A stretch of 55,814 bases of DNA, the filler included, from Circinaria calcarea (lineage: Eukaryota): the NCBI GenBank assembly GCA_051942165.1. It is 6 parts of 6 records of this genome, joined end to end, with 100 filler letters (N's around TTAATTAATTAA, not from the genome) between each part and the next. Parts side by side here need not be neighbours in the genome. Positions count along the whole stretch, not along the records: positions 18,667 to 27,881 come from JAVECS010000960.1; positions 27,982 to 37,194 come from JAVECS010000961.1; positions 37,295 to 46,506 come from JAVECS010000962.1; 3 more parts are not named here. One strand, given 5' to 3'. The notes under the pieces were generated by a model that was given only the letters and a program-made list of their open reading frames with translations, was not told where the DNA came from and made no database searches. Of the stretch, positions 24,617 through 37,435 are shown piece after piece; within the stretch, counting starts at the first letter, position 1, and every line of letters begins with the position of its first letter. Made by a program: the position numbers and the translations under genes.

Positions 24617-27456
24617 ATGTCTACCCACCAAAACACCTTCACGCTAATTAACAGTCGCAGTGGCGACGAGTCCGCAAATCTTAGGGATCCGGTCGAGCCT
24701 GTCCTGAGGCTACTAGAGGCGATTAATGAGCGACTTGCGGAGCAAACGTCTTTGTTGAGTAGCCTTCAAACAACCCAGACGCTTCAAAAAGCATTCGAAA
24801 ATCACAGTCACAAGCATGGCGATGCCTATCATGGTAAATGTCTATTTCCCCGAAAGTATGAAGGATTAACACGTCACTGAAGGTACTTCGTTAGATAGTC
24901 CAAGCGCTCTATCGAATTCTGTTAAAAAGAACGCTTCAACTGCCTCGTGTAAGACACACCATGGAGACAAAGTCTACGACAATTCCGGACGTCGTGTCGA
25001 TGTCGACACAGCAAAAATTCCTGTGGTCTCTTCGCCGGACTTCAGCTTTGATCGTACCCGTGATCCTCCACCGGCGGTTAGGTATCCGTACCAATGGAAT
25101 TACCCTCGAATAATCCACCCCTTAGTATACGCGAAACTTTTGTCTGATGAAGAGTTGCAGAGCTATGTTGGCGATTTATGGCAAGTGCCCGATGATCACC
25201 GTCTATCCCTGACAGTTACTCCAAATGGCCTGACTGAATACTTTGCTCAGCCGAAAGCTGAACAGCATCTGCAAACGTGCAAAAGTTTCCTCGACTCACT
25301 TAACCCCATGTTACTAAGGATATATGATATTGACGAATATGGCCAATATTGCTGTTATGATTCAAGGCCTGGCTACAAAGCTGATTTACAGGAACCGTTG
25401 CAAATACCGGATACAATTTGGGTGACGTACCACACCCATACGCATAGACACAGCTTACGACGTGTATACCCTCGAGGATCTTCTCCCGCGCCATGGCGCA
25501 GAGTCATGTACGTTGCCACGACTATCTTCAAGTCTAGACGCGATTAACCTATTGATTATAATATAGTCAGATCATAGGTCTCTCTCAAGCTTCTCTAAAG
25601 TCGAATAACGCAATACCAATATTCCATGAAGGGGCGCCTATCAGTAATGGAGAGAGACGTTTTAAGGAGGCTGTAAGGGTACATTTGGATTGCGCTGGCC
25701 TTACTGACGGCATATGGGATGCTACTGACAACATGCCCCGCTTCCAAATCCAATGGTATGGACTTCAGGACGAGGAAAGTACGCCAGATCGCTTGAGCAC
25801 CTGGAAACGTGGACAACTGCATCACGGTGGCCGTGCCTTCGGTGAGCGTTGCTGCACGGTTCGTCCTTCCGCCTAATCCTGTCATGAGTTTGAAAGGTCT
25901 ACAACTAAAGACACGCAGATCCAGTCACTTGTCAGCCAATTTGGCGACGGTCTTCGTGTTTTCGAGAAACCAAATCTAATCCGTTACTGGACGCTGGTGA
26001 TCCTAGAGCCACCTACGAAGGTCGGGACTTGGGATGTTGGACTTGTTAAAGATGATATCCTTAGCAAGCCCTTTAGCCTACACACAGCGTTGCTGAGTCT
26101 AATTGTCAGCGTTTTTAAGAGGACTTCTGAAGATTGGGGCGAACTAGTGGATGAGCTGTACATCGTTCTCGGCCACGATGATAACTTCTTGCATCCTGAA
26201 CAGCATGATCAATTGCTATGGGACGACGAGGATTACTCCAGGTCGAAAAAATACTTTTGGTGTCTCAGTGCTCTTCAAGCATTCGAAACGAATATAGAGA
26301 AGAACAGGAAGTACTGGTATGATTTTCGCGATGCACTATATGTTCCCCTACTTGAAGTCCTCGAACGCGAGGCACCACTTGAACGGGAACACAACGAATG
26401 GCCTAACGTGCAAGAAGAGGTCAAGTTACTCAACACAGGTATAGCAGAGGTAGACAGGATGTGCAGTAGCCTTGAAGCCGAGGTTGTGCGCCTGAAGCAT
26501 ATCAGAGATGTCGCTATGATGATGAGAGATGGTGTATGCGGTAATTTCAGTACCCAAACACATGGCCATCTGTTAACAGTATGGATGTAGCTGCTGAACG
26601 CAAGTTCCCTCAGGGAAGCTCGGGTATCGACGCAGCTTTCCGAGCATATCAAACTCCTTACCTATGCTAGCATATTCTTCCTACCGCTGTCTTTCTGCAT
26701 GGTAAGTCTATCCGTCTTGTATCTTCTTCTTCTCAATGCAGGATAATAAACATGAATTAGGCTGTGTGGAGCATTAACAACATACTCTTCAGCTTGAAGG
26801 CATTGGTATATGTCGTCATATTTGTCGCTATTGCTACATACCTAGCGGTATACAATATGGACAGGCTCGTGTGGCTTTTCAAATGCGTAATAGCTCCCGT
26901 CCATTCAATTGGACGAAGCTGGCCGTGTCCGAAATCTTGGCGCTCGAAATCTTGGCGCTCGAAATCTTGGCGCTCGAAATCTTGGCGCTCGAAATCTTGG
27001 CGCTCGAAATCTTGGCGCTCGAAATCTCCCCGAGCACTGAATTTATTGAAGAGACGGCTGGAGAAATTTCGATCGAGGATGGCGTACATAATCAAAGAAC
27101 TGGCCCGCCTTCTCAAGCGAGGTGTAGCCTGGTCTCAATCGTTTCTACACAAATACCGCCAGAGGTGGCAACGTCAGCATGCCAACCCACCCGAACATTA
27201 CCCGGAGCCTTGGACGGTGTGGGCCGCAGGAGACGGACCTTCGAGCGGGGCGGCGCCTTGGGTCGGAGAGCTCCAAACTTCAAACGAGACCAAAACTTGG
27301 GCTGAAAGGGTTGGATCTCCGGGTGAGGCAATGCCTCGGACTGAAGTTGGACCATCACGTGAAGCAGAGCCTCCTTGGACGGAGATGATCACACCGTCGA
27401 GTAAAGCAGCAACCGAGCCTCCGCCTACATCCGTACAAGAAAATGGATCCCTTTAG
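24617..27456 (+). CDS. Multi-exon fungal protein with CorA-like C-terminal two-TM region
   Basis: Exons join in frame via GT-AG introns. Motifs: HDQLLWDDEDYSRSKKYFW and RDG/LLNASSLREARVSTQLSEHIKLLTYASIFFLPLSFCM/AVWSIN, then a second TM helix. Confidence 0.7.
26931..27027 (+). repeat. Coding minisatellite (GAAATCTTGGCGCTC) x6.5 encoding (KSWRS)n
   Basis: Six perfect 15-bp units plus a partial unit. Confidence 0.95.
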
Positions 27457-27881
27457 AAGAACTCTCTAGGGAACGTGGAAAGGCGAGACCGAGACCCCTC
27501 CGTTCCTGGCGGAAGTTTTTCATCAGGACTGAGTTAGGAGAGGGGGGAACAAATCTCCTTTGAAAACCACTTACCCTTTATTCGAAAGTTTTTTTACAAA
27601 GGCAATTCCGCGTCGGAATAAGGGGGGGGGGGGATTCGGAAGGAACAGATGGAAGCCCTGTGCAGGTCTTTGATTTAGTTTTGTGTGCCGGAGCCACGAC
27701 GGAAAATGCACAATGTAGTCTATCTAGTAGACGGGGGGCGATGGGTTTTTTTTCGGCAGTGGCCAAAAGGGGGTCAAAGGTTGCAAAAAAAAAAAACAAT
27801 TCATTCTGTTACTTCATCCTATAGGCACCTTTTATAAAGCTATGCTCTATCCCTTCACTCCTCTCCCCAGAAAAACTCCTC

Positions 27882-27981
27882 NNNNNNNNNNNNNNNNNNN
27901 NNNNNNNNNNNNNNNNNNNNNNNNNTTAATTAATTAANNNNNNNNNNNNNNNNNNNNNNNNNNNNNNNNNNNNNNNNNNNN
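27882..27981. other. Artificial contig linker
   Basis: N44-TTAATTAATTAA-N44. Confidence 0.97.
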
Positions 27982-28222
27982 CGTATAAAATTTAGAAAAA
28001 GAAACGGAAAATAAAATAAAATAAAAAATCGAAAGTTTTAAACGAAAAATAATAATAATATTTTAAAAGTGGGTGGTTATAATTATATTCAGGGCGAAAA
28101 AGAAAGTATTAATATTTATATAATCAAGAACCCTTTCGCCGGCTAAATATATATATACCGAAGTTCTTTATATTTTAACACCTAAGCGTAGAACGCGCGC
28201 ACGGAAGAATCTTGCGGAATAG

Positions 28223-28521
28223 TGTGGTGGAGCTAAGGCGACTAATGGCTGGGCGCGCATATGGAATGGGCAGGCAGGCATGGTGGACTCCTACATCTTA
28301 GACGATACAGACTCTTTACACACGCATAGCATAGTAGAATAGCAGTCAGAAATGCAATACTGATACTGTCCGATACCTCTCCTATATGTGCACTATACTG
28401 TAGCAGTCAGTTCATGCCATATACCCTCTGATTCTTCACTATTCAGACTCCCATTACCTCTTCTCGACAGCGTCTTTGCCTATACCTTAGGAGCATAGCG
28501 GAGCACCCTATATGCTTCACA
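28223..28521. mobile_element. Solo LTR (299 bp) inserted in an AT-rich relic
   Basis: TGTGG...TTCACA termini flanked by a 4-bp direct repeat ATAG. It is more GC-rich than its flanks. Confidence 0.6.
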
Positions 28522-28886
28522 ATAGAATATATAAGAAGTCGAGGAGGTTGAGGAGGTCGAGAGGGAAAAAAAACAGCGTCGTAGGTAGTAACTATAATAA
28601 AGAAAAGGTCGTGACGGGCGGCAACGGAAGTATAGAAGACGGTAGTAAGATTAAATATATAGATATTAATAATAAGCGGAACGATAAAAGAATAAGGTAT
28701 TTATTTATATAATTTAGCAGCTTAGAAAGCGTGTATATTGAATATACGTGTATGAATGCGTTATATAAATCTATAATGAGGTGTCCGAGTAGTGAAATAA
28801 GGTGTCATAATAGCCCAGGGGTGTCGTATTAGCAAAGAAGGGTGTCTTAGTAGTTGGATGGGGTGTCAAAATAGACGAGACCCCCC
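28522..28886. mobile_element. RIP-degraded DNA transposon end with five GGTGTC-N4-TAG subterminal repeats
   Basis: Motif at 28780, 28801, 28820, 28841 and 28862, ending ACGAGACCCCCC. AT-rich sequence lies upstream. Confidence 0.55.
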
Positions 28887-28971
28887 GCGTGCCTGGATCA
28901 CACTCCTGATGACATAGTCGATACATATTTGTCTTTTCTTGTACAGAGAGTATACACATCAGGGGAGCTAT

Positions 28972-30636
28972 ATGAGTCCATCATCCGTTTGGAGCAGCTC
29001 TCCTTCAAACTACCGCGAGCTTGTCAATCTGTATGAGAAGCAATTCCACGCAGCAGTTGCGAGAGGGGAGTATGTTCCTTGGGTGCAGCCATACCGGTCA
29101 TTTGGCGTGTATGCTGTGATATTCTACCTACTACTTCCTCCCTCTAAATCAAAATTGCTCTATTATGCAAGATATCCTCTTTTTGGCTTTCTTGTGTACT
29201 GGTGCGTTAAAGCGATCAAAGAATGCAGAAGTCCTGCCGTTGCGATCAGTTATGGCTTAGGTCTGATGAATGCATGGGGTATATTGTGGCTTGCCTCTCT
29301 TGTCATTTTCAATGATGGACGTAATGTGTTTCGGAGGATCGAGAGGCAAGAGATTGTGCAGGCGGATATTGCAACCGAGAACAAATCGCTGCCGCATAAA
29401 GAAGACTATCCTCAGAACGGGGTACCAAAGGGGCAGCAACTTCGTGCCCGTGCCCGCCCCAGTGCCAAACCGGCGTCAACCAAAGCCTCCAATGTCTTAA
29501 CTCGAGGCGAAGTTGGTAAGACTGAGGAGGATGGTGACACTTCCCACTATGCTTGGCAATACCTCCCTCACAAATTCTCAAACCGGATCGACTGGGTCTA
29601 CGACCTCGTCACCAATTTTCGCGGTACCGGCTGGTCCCACCAAATAACCTCCATTCCAGCTCCACCATTATCTGTTCTGCAAGACATTGAGTCCACCGAG
29701 TCCCCTGCAAAGTCTCCACGTGTAAGTTCCACCGGGAATGTCCGCTATTGCGAACCTATTTCCCTCCTTCGCCATAGGCTCATGGCTCTTGTTCTTGGCT
29801 ATCTAGCCATCGACGCTATAAAGATCATCATGATGCTGGACCCTTATTTCTGGGGCCTCACTTCCTCCGCTCCACCTAACTATCTCCCCACCGTTATTAC
29901 GTCCTCCGCAGTCCTTACACGCACCTACCGTCTGCTCCTATCCCTCGCCGGAACCTACACAGCCTTAAACTCCATCTTCTCTCTCGGGCCCGTCGCCTTC
30001 GTCGGCATCGTCGGTCCACGTATCCTCGGTGCACGGGCAGAAGCATGGCAGTACCCGGACACGTACGGGAGTTACAGGACCGTCTTCACAAAGGGATTAG
30101 CCGGATGGTGGGGCGGATGGTGGCACCAAACATTCCGGTTCGGCTTCGAAGCACCCACGAAATGGTTATGTCAGAAACTCGGTTGGGACCATCGCAGTAC
30201 GAAAGGCAAGACCCTGGGTATGCTCATCGCATTCGGCTGCAGCGGCTGCCTTCACACCTGCGCAAGCTACACCATGTGGCCCCCGACCCACCCTATAAAA
30301 GGCCCACTCGCGTTCTTCTGGCTGCAGCCTGTCGGGATCATCAGCCAGATGCTCCTAGCGGGCTGGATGAAGAAGCTTGGAATCCAGAACAGACTCCCCA
30401 CATGGGTCCTGGGACTTGGTAACTTCATCTTTGTGCATGTCTGGATGTATTACACAGCTCCATTGCTAATGGACGACTTTGCGGCGGGTGGGATATGGCT
30501 GTATGAACCGGTGCCGGTTAGTCTGTTGAGGGGGTTGGGGTTCGGGTTAGAGGGGCAAGGGTGGTGGTGCTGGCATGGGAAGCTGGTGAGGTGGCATAGA
30601 GGGGAAAGGTGGTGGCAGAGCGGATTTTATTCTTGA
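28972..30636 (+). CDS. Membrane-bound O-acyltransferase (MBOAT_2/wax-synthase-like)
   Basis: Multiple TM segments; motifs DLVTNFRGTGWS, GLAGWWGGWWHQTFRFGF, AFGCSGCLH, FFWLQPVG and GGIWLYEPVPVS. Confidence 0.85.
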   Translation: MSPSSVWSSSPSNYRELVNLYEKQFHAAVARGEYVPWVQPYRSFGVYAVIFYLLLPPSKSKLLYYARYPLFGFLVYWCVKAIKECRSPAVAISYGLGLMNAWGILWLASLVIFNDGRNVFRRIERQEIVQADIATENKSLPHKEDYPQNGVPKGQQLRARARPSAKPASTKASNVLTRGEVGKTEEDGDTSHYAWQYLPHKFSNRIDWVYDLVTNFRGTGWSHQITSIPAPPLSVLQDIESTESPAKSPRVSSTGNVRYCEPISLLRHRLMALVLGYLAIDAIKIIMMLDPYFWGLTSSAPPNYLPTVITSSAVLTRTYRLLLSLAGTYTALNSIFSLGPVAFVGIVGPRILGARAEAWQYPDTYGSYRTVFTKGLAGWWGGWWHQTFRFGFEAPTKWLCQKLGWDHRSTKGKTLGMLIAFGCSGCLHTCASYTMWPPTHPIKGPLAFFWLQPVGIISQMLLAGWMKKLGIQNRLPTWVLGLGNFIFVHVWMYYTAPLLMDDFAAGGIWLYEPVPVSLLRGLGFGLEGQGWWCWHGKLVRWHRGERWWQSGFYS

Positions 30637-31039
30637 GACATACTTGTTACATTGGTAGGAATTAGATTAGAGTCTTGTACGTTAGGAGGCTTGGATTAAG
30701 AACTGGGGTTTAAAGCCACCAGATCTCCAACAGCTCTTGTACCGCGCGTAGGGAGACAGAGTGTGTACCACTCGTAGGAGAAGCGTGATGTAGAGATATT
30801 TGGGGAGGTTGAGAGCTAGCTGGGTGTGAAGGATAATAATAAAATTTGACCACTACAACCCCCGCTCTAGTATAAAAGGCACCAAGTTTCAGTGAGCACA
30901 CTGACGGCATGGCAGTGGTTTTTTTAAGCACCTATTGAACCACAGGTTTCTCTGTAGATATAACAGCAATTGGAGGCCCTATTCACACTTTGGAATGAGA
31001 TTCCGACATATGATTACACTCTATCAATACCATCTCGTT

Positions 31040-33681
31040 TTAGATTGTCTCTACTTCTTCTTCATCATACTCCTCATCTGTATTCAGCGAAGGATCTAGA
31101 GGGGGTATCTCAAAGCTATCATCGCTATCGTCTGCGGCCCCTTCCCTAATCCCTGTAGAGCGCGTGGAGGTTACTGATTGTTCAGGCGTAGCCACAGCAT
31201 TTCCACCGGAGTTCATTACAACCCCGTCCATGCCAGAAACTGGGGTGATAGCCTGACCGTCACTTCCGCCGGCTACAGCTAAGATGTTGACTCCTTCATC
31301 GAGACGAGCTCGCTTGGCTACTAGTGTGGTTGATTCGACAACAGGCACTTCCGGTGAATCCATATTTGATACGCTTGTAACTTCTCCAAGTTCGACTGGT
31401 TCTCTTGCTCGTTTGCTGGGATCCCGAATTGGTGATTGACTGGCCCGATTTCTTTCGGCGACGCTGTCAGCTGGGGCTGTGGCAGCATCCTTCGATCCCT
31501 GCATACCGTCGACGACGGCTCGGGTAAGCCTATATGGTTGATTCACTGTCCTCTGGTCCGGGAAGGAACTTTCCCTGTCATGAAGTGGTTCCTCGGGTTG
31601 ACTGCCACTAGCCACCGTGCCTCGGTGGTCATCGTGAATAAAGATATCCTCGTCCTCATCCGACTCAAGCTTCCCTTTTTCATTCCGATTACGCTGTAGA
31701 ACCGGCATACGGGGCCTTAGTATTGTTTCTACTTCAAGGCTATGAGGATAGGCTCTGGCGAAGAGTGGCAAAATACTCATTTCCATCTCTTTGGATTGCC
31801 TTGTAGGAGGATTCAATACACTTGCCTGCATCAACTCCTTGTCACTCGTGAGTACCGCCGTCCGGTCGATTTGGCTTCGTAAAGGTTTAGATATGAAACT
31901 AGAAGGCAATCTGGTTAATAAGACCAGGAGCAGGGCCTTTGCAGCGCGTTGCAACTCTGTCAAGGTGATTGATATGCTCGCCTCTGTACCTGCTACGAGC
32001 AGATACGAGTCAGCATCGTAGGACAAAGTACCGTTACTGACTGGCTTCTTTGCTCCATTAGTGGACTGCTGTAGCACTTTATTTGGTAGCTTGATCGAAG
32101 GAAGAATGTCATCACAACAGGCTTGAATCAATGGAGCCATCGAGCGAGCAACAGACAGTGAAGCCGATGGCCCAGATAATTGTGCGATTCCGCAAACAGT
32201 CTCATAGATCGACTTTCGGACATTGTCTTCGGATGCACTACTTCGGAACAACCATAATAATCTTTCCATTGAACTTTGCACGAATGCTATCGAGCTCAGC
32301 CCTACTCGCTGAATCAACAGGGACATCAGCTCCATGGCGGAGATATGAAGCCTTGGCAAGGATAACCAGAGTCCTTCACGTTCATTCCTACCAATCTCAG
32401 GATTTAGACGTGGCTGGATCTCATAATCGTTCCGACTTGCTTTGAACGGTGCAATGACAGACATGATTCTTTCCAGTAGACCCCATATTGAGCCAATAGG
32501 TATTGTGATTGAAGAACTACTCGCTGTTGCTATGTGAGCCTGCAATAACTGCATGAGGCCAACGATCCTTTCAGAACCTGAATAAATACCTTGCCACCTT
32601 GGCAAATGCATATCATCGTCGCAACAGTCACTCACGAGCTGACCGTATGCTCTGGTATCAACATGCGATTGTATTCTGTTCGATGAAGTCCAGTCCTCAG
32701 TTACGGCGCGGAATATGTGATCGGCAGTTCGGTGGATTTGATATAATATTAGGCGGACTGCTCTAGTCCATTCCTCGCTGGATGTGTTTTTGGGAGCGCA
32801 ATAGGCTAGAAGAGCATATAACTGTTGAGCTAATGCTACTGACGAGCTTGAAGGAAAGCTTTTATTTTCATCCAAATTACCATTCTGCACCGGGTTTGAA
32901 GGAGCTGGCGCGAGTAAAGGGACCAGTAACAACTTGATCTGGTTGATGAAAGGGCGAAATGATGAAGGATGCTGTGGGAGCAACGTGATCAGCATTTGCA
33001 AGACTGTATCTAGCAAAGGATTGTGGATATCGAGCTTCCGAGCATCCTGAGCAGGGGCTCGTGCCGTTACAATGTTTAGGCATGTGGTGATTAAGGTGGG
33101 TAAAGACGGTGTCGTAAGCTCTCGAGTAAGGCTCTGTTGACCCTGGGTAAGAAGGAAAATTCTAGTCAATGCTAGTATGCAAAGTTTTTTGGTGGCTGGA
33201 GGGTCTGGTTTCTACAGGAAGAAGTTAGCCACGGTCTCTCTGGGTACTCAAAATCATGTGAAGGGAGTGTCTCCGAGTCAAAATGCATAAAAGATAGCGG
33301 AAGGAGGTGGGATGGGTTGCAACATATCACACGTACTCCAAGTACACTTAGTATCCCTCGAACCCACACTCCTGCACCCTGTACTGTTTCCCGTCCTCCA
33401 AGCTCGACAGTCGCCTTAACTAAAACTATGGCTGACCATCTTGCTTCCGCGCTCTTGTCCTGTAACAATGTAGATAATTGCGTCTTGTACTTATGTACAA
33501 GGACGTCTGTACCTGGCCGATCATTGCTGGTATGTGAGTTGCCAGACGCTGCGAATTCTGCGCGGCAGCTACTGAGAGTATTTGCAAGGAATGGTACGAT
33601 ATGTGGTAATTGCTGGGTTGGGGTGGAGGCCAGGCGCTGGGTGATGGCACCGAGAGGGCTCGAGGGTGGATTTGGAACCAT
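31040..33681 (-). CDS. RIX1: Pre-rRNA-processing protein Rix1; exons 33681-33337 and 33211-31040
   Basis: VHKYKTQLSTLLQDKSAEARWSAIVLVKATVELGG, LTRELTTPSLP, LRSQIDRTAVL, E..LRPRMPV and an acidic C-terminus. Confidence 0.85.
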
Positions 33682-33981
33682 TCAGGGCTGACTTCTTCCG
33701 AGATGTTAAATTGAGTCCTAGAGATGTAGTATATATTCCGAAGGGTCCTCCGGTTTTATGAAGGATATGACCTCCTGGAGTGAGTTAGAACAGCTGAAGC
33801 GTTCTTGAGGTGATTCGTACAATGCATTGGGGAAATATTTCTCGAGCTTCAAAACCGTTGAAGCTTTGCGGCGATCTACCCACGCCGGCAATGGCCGCAT
33901 GATGGGACCCACGTTACAGAGCCCTTCAAACAGATCTGACTTCCAGGACACCTAAGGTGGATTAGGAAGTCCTTGTCCGTC

Positions 33982-36900
33982 ATGTTACATGTTAGTGCAA
34001 AGCCGTCAGAGTTCTGTTGTTAGGGTGGTGATTTTCACACTGGCTGAATTCTCAACACGCGCCATTCCTGTTAACGTGAGAATTAGGCTGACCTTATATC
34101 CAGCTTAAAAACTCAGAGAAAGCAAATCGCTATCTGAAGTTGTTGGACGCTGCATGCTGCAACGGGAAATGGGAAGATGTCCCAGAACTTGTGAGGAAGG
34201 TGGGCAAACACGCGGCGCAGAGGAAATGTCAGTAATATCTCCATCCTAGGTCCTTCACTACCTAGACACTATCTAACAGTCTCTACTTTAGGTCTCACAG
34301 TCGTGGCTCGATCGGAGTTCGAGGTTGTCACAGCGACGAGCAAAAGCTCACCAGCTTCATCCTCGAGACTACAGCATCTTATACCTGAACTATTAAAAGT
34401 TATCGAAAGTGAGAAGACGTATCCTGAAGACCTGTTCCAGGCTCAAACATGTTTGGCCTGGATCTATTGGATTGACAATGAATACAAATTGGCTGCAGCG
34501 ACAGTTCCTTCGAGCCTTCCTACTACAGTCAATTCTACTACCGAGAAACAGGGGACTCTGAGGGAGTGGACACAAGTATGCGTTTTCAAGTGTGCTTACA
34601 TCGGTGGTGAGTATGCCGTAGATTCGATGGCCGTCTTGAAATCTTAGGCTCATTGAGGTTTATAGGTGCTTCACAGGAAATAATTGGAAACTCCACGGAG
34701 GCACTCAAACTTTACGACTTTGGACTTTCTTCCACGATGAGTAACACGTCATCGATGAGCGGAGGCTTAGAATATAGGGCCTGGCTAGAGCGATTTCTCA
34801 CTCGCCTTTGTATGCTCTCGAGTCGTCACTCTCAACTGCTTGATGGAAGGTCTGGGAAACCTCAATGGACTCTCCGACCTGAAACAGCCCTTACGCCCTT
34901 CCGCGCATGGGCAAGGTTTTGGGAGAATAACAAACTTGCTGGGGGTATAGCGAACGCCGACGTTATTGATGGCAAAGTCCAACGGCGAGATGTCTGGCAG
35001 GCGTACTACCGGACTTTATCTAGGATCTTACAATCTGGTTCGGCATACGCTGTAGGAGCCCCAAGTCTAGACCCCAAAGGTAGTAGTTCCAGTGTTTCTC
35101 AAAGTAGCACGATGATAGGAACGAGGATACAGCAGTACACGGAACTCAATCGGGTCGAAAGGATCTACGAGAACCTACTATTAATGGAGGTATCATTCCC
35201 AGAAGCTGGCGTGGTGAATGTCGAAGTGGAGGACTGGGTAGATCAAGTTATGGCTAATTGGCGTGTCATTGGCGGACCAACCTGGCAAGACGATGATCTA
35301 GGTCAAGGGGGCCAAGAGGGTGCAGGAAGAAAAGTTTTAGACGTGAGTACTGCCAAACTGCAATTTTATGGGTACATCCAGGCTTTAATTCAATTCAGCT
35401 AACCCAATAATTTTACAAGATTCTGTACCGTGCAGCAACCAGAACCTTTCACTCTACCCGGTTACTGCGGCATCTGTTCACGGTACATGCGTCGTTGGCC
35501 GAATTCGACCTCGCAGGTAGCGCACTTGATTCCTATCTTGAAATCGTCGGTAAAGGGAAGGCGCGAGAGGCAAAGTCTGGTCAGGCAGAAAAGATTCTTG
35601 ACGACGACGAGACTGTATTACGAACTATTACCACTGGAATCAGTATGCTCTGTACTTTTGGTCGGCGGAAAGAAGCTGAAAAGGCGCATGACTTGGGGTG
35701 CAAGCTCCAAAAGTGGCTCGAACAGCATGATCCTGAAACCTCGTCGAGTTATGCAGTTAATGGGGCTACGACTGATATAAATCAAGATAGTCAGTATTAT
35801 ACCCACCCATCAGTCTCAGGGCCAATCTTAGCGGCAGCATACCGAGCTGTTGGGATCAGTCAGGCTCATTGGGCGCACATGACTTTTGAAACTTCCAAGA
35901 GGGCTGAGCTACAGGCTAACGCAATTGAAAATTTTCGCACCGCGCTTCAATCAAAATTCGAAGACGAAGAGAATGTGGAGACTCTGTATTCGCTTGCTTT
36001 GGTCCTTGCAGAAACTCGAGATCTTGATGGAGCCATTGCGTGCGTCAAAGTTGCGTTGTCTATGGAATCACCAAACCTATTGGAAAATGGAGTACATACA
36101 GAGTACGCTTTCGAGGCACCTAAAGGATCGAATTTCCTGGGCAAGGGGAAGTTGCTTAAGATGTGGCATTTAATGGCTTTACTACTTAGTACAAGACAAG
36201 ACTTTGACAGGGCTCAGGATGCATGCGAAGCGGCGACGGACAGTTTCACCGATTATGGGTTATCGGAAGGCACCCAAAGCCCAAGCTTGCTCAACTTGGG
36301 TCTATACGAAAAACTGAGCCTGGTTGAGCTGAAGTTAACGCAATTAGCCCTTTCCGAGATCAACGACGGTCCTGAAGTAGCAATCAACGCTGGTGGCGAG
36401 CTACTAAGTCTGTATTCGAAGCTGTTTCGCTATCCCGAAATCGTCTCAAATCAGCGTTCGGCCCCAAGAGCGCCATCGCCTGCACATGCAACCAATGGAA
36501 CAATCAGAGGGCTTAAAGGCAGCCTCTTTGGGCGATCTAAGGATGCAACCATTAGTCGTGGTAATGGACCGGCTACCGATTCTGTGCGCTCCAACAGGTT
36601 TTCTGCAGAGATGGCCGAAGCGCCAACCATATCGGTAACAGACAATGACATGTTGCCACCGCCTGAGCATCATTCTCACCATTTGTTTCACCGCAACTCA
36701 AAGAAGCTGCAGAAGCGGAATAGCAAGAAAAGCTTAAGCAGCACACGTAGGAGCCGGGTTATTAGCACCGCACAACCGAATACCGCTGACGGTTCCTCCA
36801 TATCTATGAGCACAACAAGGTCATGGAACGACCAAGCTAACGCGATCGGAAGATCAATCGGTGAACCGGGTGTAACAAACGGACGTGATAGGGACGAGGT

Positions 36901-37194
36901 CGGCGTTGCCCTCTCGAATGACACCTCTCCCGAATCAGGGTCGTTTATAGCTCGTCTCGACCGGTCGGTATCAGCTAGTCAACCATTACCCCCCATGGCT
37001 CACAATCATAATCATACATTACAACCTGCACCAGTAGGCCATCCGGATCAACCGCCAGAACAGGATATGCGCCTTCCCACAGGATCACCCAGCGCTTCTT
37101 CCGCTCATTTAGGTCCGCGATTTGCCAGACTCGAACAGCAGCGGCAGGTCCTTTCACATCTTCTAAAGGTATGGCTCCTCATTTCTGGGCTTTA
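33982..37194 (+). CDS. YPP1: Cargo-transport/filamentation TPR protein Ypp1/Rhf1 (TTC7-like), multi-exon, truncated by gap
   Basis: EKANRYLKLLDAACCNGKWEDVPELVRKVGKHA, VEDWVDQVMANWR, ILYRAATRTFHSTRLLRHLF and WHLMALLLSTRQDF. The start codon is inferred. Confidence 0.8.
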
Positions 37195-37294
37195 NNNNNN
37201 NNNNNNNNNNNNNNNNNNNNNNNNNNNNNNNNNNNNNNTTAATTAATTAANNNNNNNNNNNNNNNNNNNNNNNNNNNNNNNNNNNNNNNNNNNN
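37195..37294. other. Artificial contig linker
   Basis: N44-TTAATTAATTAA-N44. Confidence 0.97.
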
Positions 37295-37435
37295 TATATT
37301 CGGGTGTATTTGGGCGTTTAGATCTGCAAGAGCTGAATCAATTGAGGCCATATTGGTGGAGTAATGATTTTTTGAAATGGGGGGTGGAATGCGGGGAAAA
37401 TGCGGCATCGGTCCGGATGCGGCATAGCTCAGGGA
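37295..37435 (-). mobile_element. TIR end of a DNA transposon (TCCCTGAGCTATGCCGCATCCGG..), body extending into the gap
   Basis: 22/23 match, in inverted orientation, to 46439-46461; repeated ATGCCGCA motif. Confidence 0.6.

Noticed and set aside
26757..27305. Alternative-frame ORFs (DFERQ)n and (LEILA)n
   Set aside because: These are shadow translations of the 15-bp minisatellite. The spliced CorA-like gene uses the KSWRS frame.
28780..28875. Repeat-spacer pattern as a CRISPR-like array
   Set aside because: The units are only ~21 bp with a 9-nt conserved core, the context is eukaryotic, and there are no cas genes. A TIR subterminal repeat fits better.
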